Virus record (IMG/VR): IMGVR_UViG_3300034105_001195
Coordinates: 1-64,000 of that record
Source of the DNA: a virus
Length of the DNA: 64,000 bases
Reading direction: 5' to 3' (one strand)
The notes under the pieces were generated by a model that ran no database searches, was not told where the DNA came from, and saw only the letters and a list, made by a program, of their open reading frames with translations. The number at the start of each line of letters is the position of its first letter. Positions within the stretch are counted from its first letter, which is position 1. Shown piece after piece: positions 47,938 to 57,965 of the stretch. The translations under genes were made by a program, and so were the position numbers.

Positions 47938-49488
47938 TTATGCAGTCTTTGTAACTGTGAAGTTATAGACTCTACCTCCCATTGCAGTTGCGGATGAACC
48001 ATCATATACATTCCATACAAGTCTTACCGTTTGTGGTGATGCTAGTGTAAATGTTCCAGTTTTTGTAATTTGGGTATTTCTAGCATCTGGTGGTCTAACA
48101 GTATTTACTATTAATGATTTAGCTGTTGGAGTTACCGCCCAGAGTGGCATACCGTCATGTGAATCTCCACCACCATCCCAGTATAAGTAATGTGATCCAG
48201 AATAGCTATATGTTCCAGCTGCCAATGGATTTCCATTATTCAAAGTATAGCCAAATCCTGCAGTTCCTCCAGCACCTGCACTCTGATTTCCTCCATAGTA
48301 GTCACCCTGATTTGAGCAAGTCCACTGGAATGATCCTGTTGTTGTTACACTGCTGTCTCCAGAATTTGTCCATTGAGCAGACTCGTTTGTATACCCTGCA
48401 CCACCAGTAACTGTTTGACCAGTGTATGTCGGTGTAACTGAATTAGATGCAGAAGATGGCTGGGAAGTTCCAACTGAGTTTGTTGCAGTAACCGTAAATG
48501 TGTAAGACGTTCCAGCTGAAAGACCAGAAACAGTTATGCTTCCAGAGCCAGATTGACTAAGTGTTCCAGTTAAACCTCCTGGAGATGATGTCGCAGTATA
48601 AGATGTAATTGTTTGTCCACCATTACTTGAAGGAGCAGTAAATGGGACTGTTGTGGTATTTCCAGATATAGTTACTGTTCCAATTGTTGGTGCTGTAGGT
48701 ACTGAGAATATATTAACCACAGTATTAAAAGATCTAGTTGAGGTATTTACTCCATCTGAAGCGGTGATATCAAAAGAGTATGTCGTTGACGATGCTACAT
48801 CTGGAGATGTTCCAGTAAGAGCTCCAGTTGAAGAATTAAGACTCATCCAAGATGGCAAGTTAGTAGAAGAATATACGATAGATGTTCCGTCTGGATCTGT
48901 AGCAGAAATTGATGTATTCAATGAAGACTGTTCATATATTGTAGCAATTGTTCCAGCTGCTGTATTCCATGTTGGCGTTCCACCAGAATCTAAAGAATTT
49001 TCTAATATAGCAAACTGATTATCGCTATTAATTAGCTTAACGTCATAAGGTTCATAGGCCACTGGCAAATTTGGTGTTGTTGCAGTTGCAGTTGTGGCAC
49101 CTACAAATGTTGCTAGCGGAGAATTATATGCTACAGAATTTGTTCCTATAAACTGAACTGCAAGTCCTGATTTATAATTGGATCCAGTAATTGTAATAAC
49201 AGTCCCTGTTGTAGCTGCAGTTAGTGGAGATATGCTAGCAATTTGTGGTGCAGGATCTTGTGATACCTTTTCCCATCCTGTAAATCTATAAGCAATTAGT
49301 GCATTTAATGTTGTGTCAAAGTATAAGTCGCCTATTGATGGTGATGCAGGTCTATTTTCTGTTGTCCCACGACCAACGTGACCATTTGATGCGGTTGCAT
49401 GTCCAGAAATTGCAGCGGTAACCTCAGCATCAGTAGCAATAGCTGTGTTTGCTGATAGTATATTTGCTATATCTCTAGATTTAGACAT
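47938..49488 (-). CDS. Fibre protein with IPT, Ig and Fn3 domains
   Basis: MSKSRDIA start; ITITGSNY; LPSWMSLNSSTGALTG; GLSAGTSYTFTVTATN. Confidence 0.75.
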   Translation of the reverse strand: MSKSRDIANILSANTAIATDAEVTAAISGHATASNGHVGRGTTENRPASPSIGDLYFDTTLNALIAYRFTGWEKVSQDPAPQIASISPLTAATTGTVITITGSNYKSGLAVQFIGTNSVAYNSPLATFVGATTATATTPNLPVAYEPYDVKLINSDNQFAILENSLDSGGTPTWNTAAGTIATIYEQSSLNTSISATDPDGTSIVYSSTNLPSWMSLNSSTGALTGTSPDVASSTTYSFDITASDGVNTSTRSFNTVVNIFSVPTAPTIGTVTISGNTTTVPFTAPSSNGGQTITSYTATSSPGGLTGTLSQSGSGSITVSGLSAGTSYTFTVTATNSVGTSQPSSASNSVTPTYTGQTVTGGAGYTNESAQWTNSGDSSVTTTGSFQWTCSNQGDYYGGNQSAGAGGTAGFGYTLNNGNPLAAGTYSYSGSHYLYWDGGGDSHDGMPLWAVTPTAKSLIVNTVRPPDARNTQITKTGTFTLASPQTVRLVWNVYDGSSATAMGGRVYNFTVTKTA

Positions 49489-49726
49489 TATCTATTGGCT
49501 TCTCCAAATTAAAATACTCATATGCTTGATCTTCTGAATCAAACCAGCGCCATCCATCAACTGGATATTCATAGGTATCCTTTTCGTCTCTGTATAGGGC
49601 ATAGTCTTGGTTTAATACATAGAGTCTACCACAGACTACCATGTTTTCATTTTCTACTCTGTAGAACCCGTCGGTTTTTTCGTGGTATCCCTCTTCAGGA
49701 ATAACTTCATTATGTCTATATATCAT
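49481..49726 (-). CDS. Small protein coupled to the LRR fibre
   Basis: Likely start MIYRHNEV (ATGA overlap); YEYPVDGWRWFDSE motif. Confidence 0.65.
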   Translation of the reverse strand: MIYRHNEVIPEEGYHEKTDGFYRVENENMVVCGRLYVLNQDYALYRDEKDTYEYPVDGWRWFDSEDQAYEYFNLEKPIDNV

Positions 49727-52281
49727 GATCCTGATACCGTCCATCCCTTTGCTGTGGCAATAGATGGGGTATCATCTACTGTTCCATGGTTTGTTGTTAC
49801 AGTTAATGTTTGTGCTCCAGCAGCCGTTCCTAAAGATGTATAAAGAGCATCTAATGCGGCTCCATTAAGTCTCATGCCTGCTATAGATACAGCGTATTTT
49901 AGTCCCGTCAGAATTATTGAAGTAACATTTGTAAACGAAGTTGATGAAAATGGTGGTGAACCAGGTGCTGCTACTAGTCCAGAGCAGTTAACATTTATAG
50001 TTTTTATAGCTCTAGTTGATGAAGAGTTTAATCCAAAAACTGATCCGCCTGACAAGGAAGTCAAAGATGTGCTTGAACTTAACAAGTTAGTTATACTTGT
50101 ATGTGCAGAGTTAGAAATTGTTAAACTTTTTAAACTAAAAGTATATGCTGCAAAACTTTGGAACCCAGTTGATACAACTGAAGCAGTATTAAATAAGGGA
50201 ATAGATTCTAGAGAAACACAACTATCAAACATAGTAGACATAGTTGTAACAGAAGCAGTATTGAATAAAGGCACAGACTTTAAAGAAAAACAATCAGAAA
50301 ACATGCTAGACATAGTTGTAACAGAAGCAGTATTGAATAAAGGCACAGACTTTAAAGACAAACAATAAAAAAACATGCTAGACATACTTGTAACAGAAGC
50401 AGTATTAAACAAAGGAACAGACTTTAAAGATGCACAACCAGAAAACATGCCAGACATATTTGTAACAGAAGCAGTATTAAACAAAGGAACAGATTCTAAG
50501 GCTCTACAATAACTAAACATGCTAGACATATTTGTAACAGAAGAAGTATTAAATAAAGGCACAAAATTTAAAGAATAACAACCCTCAAACATATTACTCA
50601 TATTTGTAACAGAAGAAGTATTAAATAAGGGTACAGACTTTAAGGAATAACAACTATAAAACATAGTAGACATACTTGTAACAGAAGAAGTAACAAATAA
50701 AGGAACAGATTCTAGAGAAACACAACCATCAAACATGCTAGACATATTTGTAACAGAAGAAGTATTAAATAAAGGCACAGACTTTAAGGAAGAGCAACCA
50801 TTAAACATACTAGATGTATTTGAAAGCATTGGAGTATTAAATAAAGGTACAGACTTTAAAGAAGAACAACTATCAAACATGGCAGACATAGTTGTAACAG
50901 AAGAAGTATTAAATAAGGGAACAGACTTTAAGGAAGAGCAATTAGCAAACATGTTAGACATAGTTGTAACAGAGGAAGTATTGAATAAAGGAACAGATTC
51001 TAGAGAAACACAACCATCAAACATGCTAGACATACTTGTAACAGAAGAAGTAACAAATAAAGGAACAGATTCTAAAGAGATACAGGTATCAAACATACTA
51101 GATGTATTTGTAATCGTAGAATTACTATTTACTGTAAAGTTTTTTAATTGCAAACAATATGCAAATAAACTTGCATAAGATGTTAAATTACTAGATACAA
51201 TATTTACTCTTTGTAGATAGCCCATAATAAAAGTTGGAGAAGTTGAACCAGTTAGTTTAATTGTTGTAAGATTTGTTCCAGCAATTGCTATATCTAGCCA
51301 AGGAATTTGTGCGGAAGTACCAAGGCTTGTTCTTGTAAATGTTTGCTGTAGATCAATCATTGTTAAATTTTGTCCTGCTTGTGGTGTTACCGTAACAAGA
51401 ACTTGTTTAAATCCGTCAGATGTTACAGTTGATGAGATTGATGAATAGGTGTATTGATGAGAGGCTTTTGTATTTGATGTAAAGTTTTCTGTTACTCCAT
51501 CCCCCCAATCAACTGTATAGTTTCCTTGTGCTAATAATGCAACATAGTTTGAGTTATCATTAGATATCCCTAGAAGTCCCACAAATTTTTGTTCATTTGA
51601 GGCTGGAGCAGTTAGTGTAATCCAGTCTGCTGGTCTTGTCCATCCAAGGTTTGTTCCTGCTGCATTTACTGCATCTTGAAGAATATGAGAATTAGATTTA
51701 GTAGGTCTTGCAACTCCAGGATTTTCAACAACTATTGAGTATGGAGAATGCTCTGTTGGAAGAGTATCTGGAGAAGTTATTGTTAATGATGTAGCAGAAT
51801 TTCGTGTTACTGAGTCTGCTGCTCTTTCTACCCCATCTATTCCCTTAAAATAAACCGCTACATCTGATGCAAAGTTTGATCCTATGATATATGATTCTGT
51901 GTTTACAGTATTTACAAAAGAAGGGCTTATGGAAGAAATAGTGGCTGCAGCGGTAATCTCGCTAGATGTGGCGGTAGAAACAAAGCCTGATTGATTATAT
52001 AGGAATGAAATTAAATCTGTTGCTGTCCCACCCAATATTACTACTTTATTAAATTCTCCTGTGGTTGTTAAAGTAAGTCCGCTTGATGTTCCAACTAAAT
52101 CTCCTGCTGAATTATATGCATATACATCTACAGATGAATCGGCAAGACTTGATAGCAAAGAGTACTTACCAGAAGGATAATTTGAAGATAGGGTAGTTGT
52201 TGTAACATTATCAATTGTGTTTATAGAGAAGTTATTGGCAGAGGATGACCCTCCTAGTAAAGACGTTCTAATATCGCTCAT
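49723..52281 (-). CDS. Fibre/adhesin with IPT, PKD-like and BspA/DUF285-type LRR domains
   Basis: Likely start MSDIRTS; YTVDWGDG; 13 tandem 24-aa repeats xMSxMFxxCxSLxSVPLFNTSSVT. Confidence 0.8.
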   Translation of the reverse strand: MSDIRTSLLGGSSSANNFSINTIDNVTTTTLSSNYPSGKYSLLSSLADSSVDVYAYNSAGDLVGTSSGLTLTTTGEFNKVVILGGTATDLISFLYNQSGFVSTATSSEITAAATISSISPSFVNTVNTESYIIGSNFASDVAVYFKGIDGVERAADSVTRNSATSLTITSPDTLPTEHSPYSIVVENPGVARPTKSNSHILQDAVNAAGTNLGWTRPADWITLTAPASNEQKFVGLLGISNDNSNYVALLAQGNYTVDWGDGVTENFTSNTKASHQYTYSSISSTVTSDGFKQVLVTVTPQAGQNLTMIDLQQTFTRTSLGTSAQIPWLDIAIAGTNLTTIKLTGSTSPTFIMGYLQRVNIVSSNLTSYASLFAYCLQLKNFTVNSNSTITNTSSMFDTCISLESVPLFVTSSVTSMSSMFDGCVSLESVPLFNTSSVTTMSNMFANCSSLKSVPLFNTSSVTTMSAMFDSCSSLKSVPLFNTPMLSNTSSMFNGCSSLKSVPLFNTSSVTNMSSMFDGCVSLESVPLFVTSSVTSMSTMFYSCYSLKSVPLFNTSSVTNMSNMFEGCYSLNFVPLFNTSSVTNMSSMFSYCRALESVPLFNTASVTNMSGMFSGCASLKSVPLFNTASVTSMSSMFFYCLSLKSVPLFNTASVTTMSSMFSDCFSLKSVPLFNTASVTTMSTMFDSCVSLESIPLFNTASVVSTGFQSFAAYTFSLKSLTISNSAHTSITNLLSSSTSLTSLSGGSVFGLNSSSTRAIKTINVNCSGLVAAPGSPPFSSTSFTNVTSIILTGLKYAVSIAGMRLNGAALDALYTSLGTAAGAQTLTVTTNHGTVDDTPSIATAKGWTVSGS
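50170..51108 (-). repeat. 13 x 72-bp coding tandem repeat (LRR array)
   Basis: 72-nt periodicity visible directly (e.g. tttaaag at ~50279 and ~50351); encodes 24-aa units. Confidence 0.9.
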
Positions 52282-54164
52282 TATCCAACCTTCCATCCAT
52301 AAGTAGTTCCAGTATAAAGTAATGTATACCAGCCACCATTATTGTCAATTATTAAATTTCCAGTCCCGCCGTTTATCTTATTGCCATTTCTGGCCACAGT
52401 TATATTATACGTCGAAGCGTTCCCTGAAGCATCTACGATCTGAATCTCATCATTTAGCGCTGGAGACGCTGGAAGCGTCAATGTTAGCGCTGATGCCGAT
52501 GTAACAAAATATCTTTTCTTTGCTACTAATGTAGTATTTGCTGAAATTGAAAGTGGGGCAACTGAGGTATTTGCAGCTAGTAGAGCATTTACTTCTGCCT
52601 GTGTATATGTGTCTACTGAGTTAGCTCCAGTTACTGAGACTATTTCGATTATATCTGATGCCGCCGCCGCAGATGTTAAAGTTACTGTATTGCTGTTCGA
52701 TGTTGTATAGTCTGTAGTCTTAACAAGAAGAAGACCGTTCATAAAGATCTGCTCAAACCCATCAATAAATGGGAGGTCGGCAGTAAATACTGTTTGCCCT
52801 GCTGTTGCAGTAATTGCCTTACGGCGAATAATATTAGAATCAAATGTAGTTACATCTTCATCTGAGTCAATCCAAATCTGACCAATCTCTGGAGATGTTG
52901 GGGCGGTTGTTTGATATAGAGCACCTGGTTGAACATTTGCATCAATTTCAGACTGAACAAATGCTGTAGTTGCAACCTGTGTCGTATTTGTTCCAGATGT
53001 TGGAGTAATTGTAAACATAGCTCCAGATGCATCAATTTTGGCTATTGCTGTTCCAGTAGAGTTCTGCCATTGCTGAAGGTCTGCCGTTTGTAAAGATACT
53101 CCACGAACAACAACTGGGATTACAGATGGGTTAAATGTAGTTGCGTTAAGATATCCTAAAGTTCCCGTGGTCATCTTTCCACCTGAATATGCTGTAGAAA
53201 TCACACCTTCAGTTGCGGTTAATCCTCCAGATGAATTAAAAAATGTTACGGCGGTTCCACTTGAATTCTGAAATTCAAGTAGGTTAGCAGTTTGTGATGC
53301 TGCGGCTCGTATGACTGCACCTATAGTTGAAGCGGCTGGATTTACCACAGTAAGTGTTCCTAAAGTGGTTGAAATAGCTCCAGCGGTTATTGATACCGAT
53401 GAATATATGCGTCCAGTTCCAGTTACTTGTGCTAGCACAGATGAAGTGTTACTTTGCCATTGTGTTAATGCCGAGCCTGAATTTTGTCCTACAGCGCCTT
53501 TAATTATAAGACCAGCATTACTGGAGGCACCAGTATTAATCTGTTGAGGTCCAACTGTAAAAGTGTTAGCAGATGTTAGAGAAGCTTTATCAGACAAAGC
53601 AGTTGTAATTCCTGCAGCATATGATGCATCATCATTAATTGCCGCAGCTAATTCATTTAGAGTATCTAGGGCTGCTGGAGCGCCATCTATTAAATTGCCT
53701 AATTGAGCCAGAGGGATACGAGAATTTTCATCAAGTGTTGCAATTCCATCTGGCTGTCCAACTTCTGAAATTGGAACATATGTTTCGTCTGATGTATTAC
53801 CTAAATTTGATACTGCTGTGTCAACATAAGTCTTTGTGGCAATTGTGCTATCTGTTGAAACTGTAATTGTATTTGCTATATCATCAGAGGATACTGTGAT
53901 CCCGCCGCTTCCAGTTAATGCAAGAGCAATTGCGTCTCTGGCCTCTTCGTCTGTGTATGAGGCTACTGGGTTTGTCTCTAATTGCTTTACTCTATAATCA
54001 AGGCTTGTTGTGACCGCCGAATTATTAACGCCGACCTTTTCTTCAAGTTTTTCAATGGCATCATTTAGGTTCGCATGCTGAGAAGCATGAGAAGGATTGT
54101 TTACTGGGTCGGAACCTGCGGGATTTGTAAGGTTATCCAACGAGGTAGGGAAATTAGTAGCCAT
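52281..54164 (-). CDS. Multi-module fibre hub protein
   Basis: Likely start MATNFPTSLD (AGGAGAG RBS); APAALDTLNELAAA fibre repeat; QTANL/QWQNS repeats; ATAGQTVF domain; C-terminal gp34-N-like domain. Confidence 0.78.
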   Translation of the reverse strand: MATNFPTSLDNLTNPAGSDPVNNPSHASQHANLNDAIEKLEEKVGVNNSAVTTSLDYRVKQLETNPVASYTDEEARDAIALALTGSGGITVSSDDIANTITVSTDSTIATKTYVDTAVSNLGNTSDETYVPISEVGQPDGIATLDENSRIPLAQLGNLIDGAPAALDTLNELAAAINDDASYAAGITTALSDKASLTSANTFTVGPQQINTGASSNAGLIIKGAVGQNSGSALTQWQSNTSSVLAQVTGTGRIYSSVSITAGAISTTLGTLTVVNPAASTIGAVIRAAASQTANLLEFQNSSGTAVTFFNSSGGLTATEGVISTAYSGGKMTTGTLGYLNATTFNPSVIPVVVRGVSLQTADLQQWQNSTGTAIAKIDASGAMFTITPTSGTNTTQVATTAFVQSEIDANVQPGALYQTTAPTSPEIGQIWIDSDEDVTTFDSNIIRRKAITATAGQTVFTADLPFIDGFEQIFMNGLLLVKTTDYTTSNSNTVTLTSAAAASDIIEIVSVTGANSVDTYTQAEVNALLAANTSVAPLSISANTTLVAKKRYFVTSASALTLTLPASPALNDEIQIVDASGNASTYNITVARNGNKINGGTGNLIIDNNGGWYTLLYTGTTYGWKVG

Positions 54165-54253
54165 ATCTCTCCTATTATACCCCAAATGGGTTCCTGAATT
54201 AGTTACTCTTCCCTTAGTATATCACTAGACAGCTTAGTGGCAGGATCTAATTA

Positions 54254-54550
54254 CTACTGTAGTACAAAACCAAAATGCTTTAGTAAGAAGGTAGCTGCTA
54301 GGGCTGACCAGATTAGATTAAACCAAATTAGGGTAGGTAAAGTTTTAACTGTAGATGACCAGATTAAAGCAAGGCTGGTAACTAAAGCAATAATGTAGAC
54401 CCACCAGATGCTAACTCCAAAAAGGAGGCCTGGGATAATGATTAAGGCCTTTGTAATAAAAGCAAAAAACTCAACAGTATTAGGAAGATTCCAATACTTC
54501 CTGTGTCTCATTGTTCCTAGGGCGTACAACCATTCTTTTCTAAATGTCAT
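54254..54550 (-). CDS. Small multi-pass membrane protein
   Basis: About three hydrophobic helices; TAATG-coupled to the halogenase. Confidence 0.7.
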   Translation of the reverse strand: MTFRKEWLYALGTMRHRKYWNLPNTVEFFAFITKALIIIPGLLFGVSIWWVYIIALVTSLALIWSSTVKTLPTLIWFNLIWSALAATFLLKHFGFVLQ

Positions 54551-56136
54551 TATGCTTCATCCTTGTGATAGTTTTCTTTTAAGAACTGATAATGAGATGG
54601 GGCATTTTTAATTGCTTCATTCCACTTAAATTTAGAGTAGTCTGTAGCCAACTTAAATCTTTCTGCAACTAACTTATAATCAGAATCTGGATAATGGTAC
54701 TTCCAGAAATTAATGCTAATATTGCTAATTGGATACCACTCGTTACCAACTGCAATACAGTGGAATCCATTATTTACACTTATCTCATATGCCTGACTAA
54801 GAAGCTTGCCGTCCATCTCTCTTACCCATTGATGAGCCGTCTCTCTTGTAATTTCTGGATTTACAACATCTCTAGATGTCATATACTTCCAAAAATCTGT
54901 GTCATCTCTTTTGCTAAGGACATAGTGTAATTGCAAGAAAGCAGAGAAAGTATTAAAATGCTTTTTTACAGTAAAATTATATGTCTCTTGATCAAATTTT
55001 GTTATGTGACCTCTAGACAAACTCCGTACTAAATTGCTAGCATTTTCATGAATAAAATAAAGACCATTGCTTTCTAGTGGCTCAAGGAATGCAGATGAGA
55101 GTCCAATAGCAACAACATTTTTGTTCCATGGCTTAGAAATGATACCCGATCTAAAATGAATGTCTCTGAATACTAAATCATCTGTAATTCTATGTGCGCC
55201 TTTTACCTTTCTTAGGTGCTCTTTAAACTCTTCTAGTGCTTCTTCTGGTGTTGTAAATCTATCTGAATAAACGTATCCTGTTCCTATTCTTGAATAAAGA
55301 GGAGCATTCCAAACCCAACCGTTTCCAAGGGCTGTAGACTCAGTGTAGTTTACAACTTCTTCTTCAGGATTTTCATATGGAAGCTGAATAGCCCATGTTC
55401 TATTTACTGGTAAATATTCTGCATGTGATTCAAAAGGAGTATTAAGGGTTTCTGAAATAAGCATACCCTTAAAGCCAGTACAGTCTATATAAAGATCTCC
55501 AGAGACCACCTCTCCATCTTCTAGTGTGAGAGACTTAATACCATTATCATCGTGATCTATATTTGTTATTGTAGACTCTATATGCTTTACACCTCTAGGC
55601 TTGGCGTACTTGTCTTTAAGCCATTCCGCAAATTTAATTGCGTCAAATTGCAATGCATAGTCTTTATGCATTGTAAACGAATCCATTTCGTTTTCTTTTG
55701 GAAAGTACATCTTGTTTGAGTTAAGAAGAACTGACTGAGGAAAAATGCAATCTACGTAGTCTTGTTTTTTAATTTCTGGATTAAATATTTTCATCACATG
55801 CCAGTCATTGCCATTATCTAAAGCAAAATTTCCAACGTGTGGGGATCCGAATGGATAATGATACCCGCCATCACCCTTTTCATAAAAATCAGTAAATTTA
55901 ATTGATAGCTTGTACGATGCGTTAGTATAAGACATAAAGTCTTTGTGATCAATTTCCAAGGCATGTAGCCATGCGGTAAGTCCAGCTAGAGTAGATTCTC
56001 CTACTCCTATTTTAGAAATAGAAGGGCTTTCAATTAGAGTGATATCTCTATCTGGATAGTATTTTATTAGTGTTGCTGCTGTCATCCAGCCTGCTGATCC
56101 GCCGCCTACAATTACAATTTTATCTGACTGATACAT
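54550..56136 (-). CDS. Flavin-dependent (tryptophan-halogenase family) halogenase
   Basis: GGGSAGW, GVGEST, YKLSIKF (catalytic Lys region), IDCTGF, GWVWNAPL and FLEPLESNG motifs. Confidence 0.9.
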   Translation of the reverse strand: MYQSDKIVIVGGGSAGWMTAATLIKYYPDRDITLIESPSISKIGVGESTLAGLTAWLHALEIDHKDFMSYTNASYKLSIKFTDFYEKGDGGYHYPFGSPHVGNFALDNGNDWHVMKIFNPEIKKQDYVDCIFPQSVLLNSNKMYFPKENEMDSFTMHKDYALQFDAIKFAEWLKDKYAKPRGVKHIESTITNIDHDDNGIKSLTLEDGEVVSGDLYIDCTGFKGMLISETLNTPFESHAEYLPVNRTWAIQLPYENPEEEVVNYTESTALGNGWVWNAPLYSRIGTGYVYSDRFTTPEEALEEFKEHLRKVKGAHRITDDLVFRDIHFRSGIISKPWNKNVVAIGLSSAFLEPLESNGLYFIHENASNLVRSLSRGHITKFDQETYNFTVKKHFNTFSAFLQLHYVLSKRDDTDFWKYMTSRDVVNPEITRETAHQWVREMDGKLLSQAYEISVNNGFHCIAVGNEWYPISNISINFWKYHYPDSDYKLVAERFKLATDYSKFKWNEAIKNAPSHYQFLKENYHKDEA

Positions 56137-56185
56137 CTTAACTCTATTCTTTAATAAATAACGGAAGTTTGCCGTTAAATAAACT

Positions 56186-56233
56186 AAAAAGCGCCTATAT
56201 GCATATTATACATTTTAGGCGCCCTTAAGTCAA
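56186..56233 (-). promoter_or_regulatory. Sigma70 promoter embedded in a terminator-like hairpin
   Basis: TTGACT-N17-TATAAT (56233-56205); GCGCCTA...TAGGCGC stem followed by TTTTT on the minus strand. Confidence 0.75.
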
Positions 56234-56238
56234 TGCTT

Positions 56239-56526
56239 TTATCTATTTGCCCAAACTTGAGAATCTTCATCCCATAACTTTGTAAGTGGGTCTGGATTTG
56301 GACCTACTGGAGAAACCCAGTTAAAATCTTCATCTAGTATCCAAGACTCGTATGGCTTTGGGTCAATGAATTTGGCATTCCCAAAATCATATGTTCCTCC
56401 TACTACTGCATTTCTAGTTTGTTCAGTTACTTTAATATTATACCCAGGCATATTAATTATTTCTGAGTCTGAACAAATAAATACATTAGAGACTAAATTA
56501 TTATCAATTCTTGCGTATCTTATCAT
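56239..56526 (-). CDS. Small fibre-associated protein (paralog of 60552..60839)
   Basis: Shared KPYESW.L..DF.W.SP.GPNP...WDE motif. Confidence 0.75.
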   Translation of the reverse strand: MIRYARIDNNLVSNVFICSDSEIINMPGYNIKVTEQTRNAVVGGTYDFGNAKFIDPKPYESWILDEDFNWVSPVGPNPDPLTKLWDEDSQVWANR

Positions 56527-57629
56527 GCTAAGTAATACCTCACAATCACTACACCATTGTTTCCTGGGGAACCAATTTGTCCTGCGCTGTTAGCGTGTCC
56601 ATTTGTTGTACTTTGTCCACCAGCACCAAAGAAACCATTTGTGGAAAATGGGCCAACTCCATTGTCTGGGTCTGCTCCTGCTCCACCTTGACCATAATTT
56701 TGAGCAGTTCCAGTTATTGAAGATGAGTAACCTGCTCCAGCGTTTCCGCCGCCGCCGTTTCCTCCATTTGAACCATTTCCTGCTGCTCCGCCTCCGCCGC
56801 CGCCTCTTCTATTACTTCCAGTGTCATTTGCTCCAGAACCACCTGAGTAGCCTCCAGAAAAAACGGGTGAATACAATGTTCCTAAACCTGTTGAAGATGT
56901 TTGGGTTACACCAGTAGCTCCGCCACCTCCGCCTCCAGCGCCACCTCCGCCTCCGTTACCACCAACACCAGATACGGCGGTTCTTGTGTTCCAAGAACCT
57001 CCACCACCGCCACCTAGTGCATAAACGTTACCAAAGTATGATGTTCCGCCAGCGTATCCAGAACTATTTGTTCCACTTGCAGCACCACCGCTACCAACTG
57101 TTACACCAGTTGCTCCTGCAACTGGGACTCCAGAAAGAAATATTACATTGCCGCCTCCGCCACCTCCGCCTCCGCCGTGAGTTCCTCCGTGACCTGCTCC
57201 TGCAGAGCCGCCGCCGCCAACTATTAGAACATCTGCAATTGGCATAGCTACATTAGGTAGAATAAAATTTCCTGATGCGTTAATAATTGCTGGAACTGTT
57301 GTGAATGCAGCAAAAGGATTTGCAAACGCAGTTGTCTGTTTGACCGCCACTTTACTTAAAGAAATATAATCTCCTGCTGGAGCAACAATATTAATGCTAG
57401 TAAATGCATGCGGAACATTAATAACTTTATTTAAGTACCCGCCAGTTGTAGCTCCAGAACTTACAAAATATACATATCCGCTACCTTTAGTGTTAGAATC
57501 AACTATATAATTGCCTGCAGCACCTGCTTGAGCCCATGATCTGTTATATGTCTCCATACGAATTGATGCAATATAATCAAATCCTGGAGTTCCTCCACCA
57601 CCTGATGGTGTAAATGATTGAATTCCCAT
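56523..57629 (-). CDS. Glycine-rich adhesin (paralog of 60836..61960)
   Basis: METYNRSWAQ N-domain; VLIVGGGG...GVVIVRY polyglycine domain. Confidence 0.75.
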   Translation of the reverse strand: MGIQSFTPSGGGGTPGFDYIASIRMETYNRSWAQAGAAGNYIVDSNTKGSGYVYFVSSGATTGGYLNKVINVPHAFTSINIVAPAGDYISLSKVAVKQTTAFANPFAAFTTVPAIINASGNFILPNVAMPIADVLIVGGGGSAGAGHGGTHGGGGGGGGGNVIFLSGVPVAGATGVTVGSGGAASGTNSSGYAGGTSYFGNVYALGGGGGGSWNTRTAVSGVGGNGGGGGAGGGGGGATGVTQTSSTGLGTLYSPVFSGGYSGGSGANDTGSNRRGGGGGGAAGNGSNGGNGGGGNAGAGYSSSITGTAQNYGQGGAGADPDNGVGPFSTNGFFGAGGQSTTNGHANSAGQIGSPGNNGVVIVRYYLA

Positions 57630-57961
57630 TATACGTCGATCTCCACTCCGTAAGCATTAAATGTTACAAGCCCTGATGATGACTGAACTGTAATAACATC
57701 ATTTGTATCTAGTGTGATTCCTAGATTTAGCGCTACGCTTAGGTTTGATCCAACTTGTACATCATATGCAATGTAGTGATCTGTTGTTAATGTTGCGCCA
57801 TCTGGGCGAACTGAAATCCGATATGTAGCAGAGTTAGCATCTCTATTAGCAACTGTAATACAATTGATAATGGCCTGCTTTGATCCGCTTACTGTATATA
57901 AATTAAAATCTGTTGTTGCTGCTGGTGACTTTTGTCCCAGAATCTTGTATACCATTGCCAT
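57629..57961 (-). CDS. ~110-aa beta-sandwich adaptor (paralog of 61960 and 62894 genes)
   Basis: YKILGQ...LYTV...ITVAN...FNAYGVE. Confidence 0.75.
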   Translation of the reverse strand: MAMVYKILGQKSPAATTDFNLYTVSGSKQAIINCITVANRDANSATYRISVRPDGATLTTDHYIAYDVQVGSNLSVALNLGITLDTNDVITVQSSSGLVTFNAYGVEIDV

Positions 57962-57965
57962 ATTT

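Noticed and set aside
50170-51108. 72-bp periodic repeat as a CRISPR array
   Set aside because: The repeats are in-frame coding units without unique spacers; no cas genes or leader.
54165-54185. ORF-track N-terminal extensions (54185; likewise 52296, 49744, 47546, 42988, 39806, 7859, 7641)
   Set aside because: Downstream ATGs have RBSs, stop/start coupling or less overlap and fit better; the 54185 extension overlaps the promoter itself.
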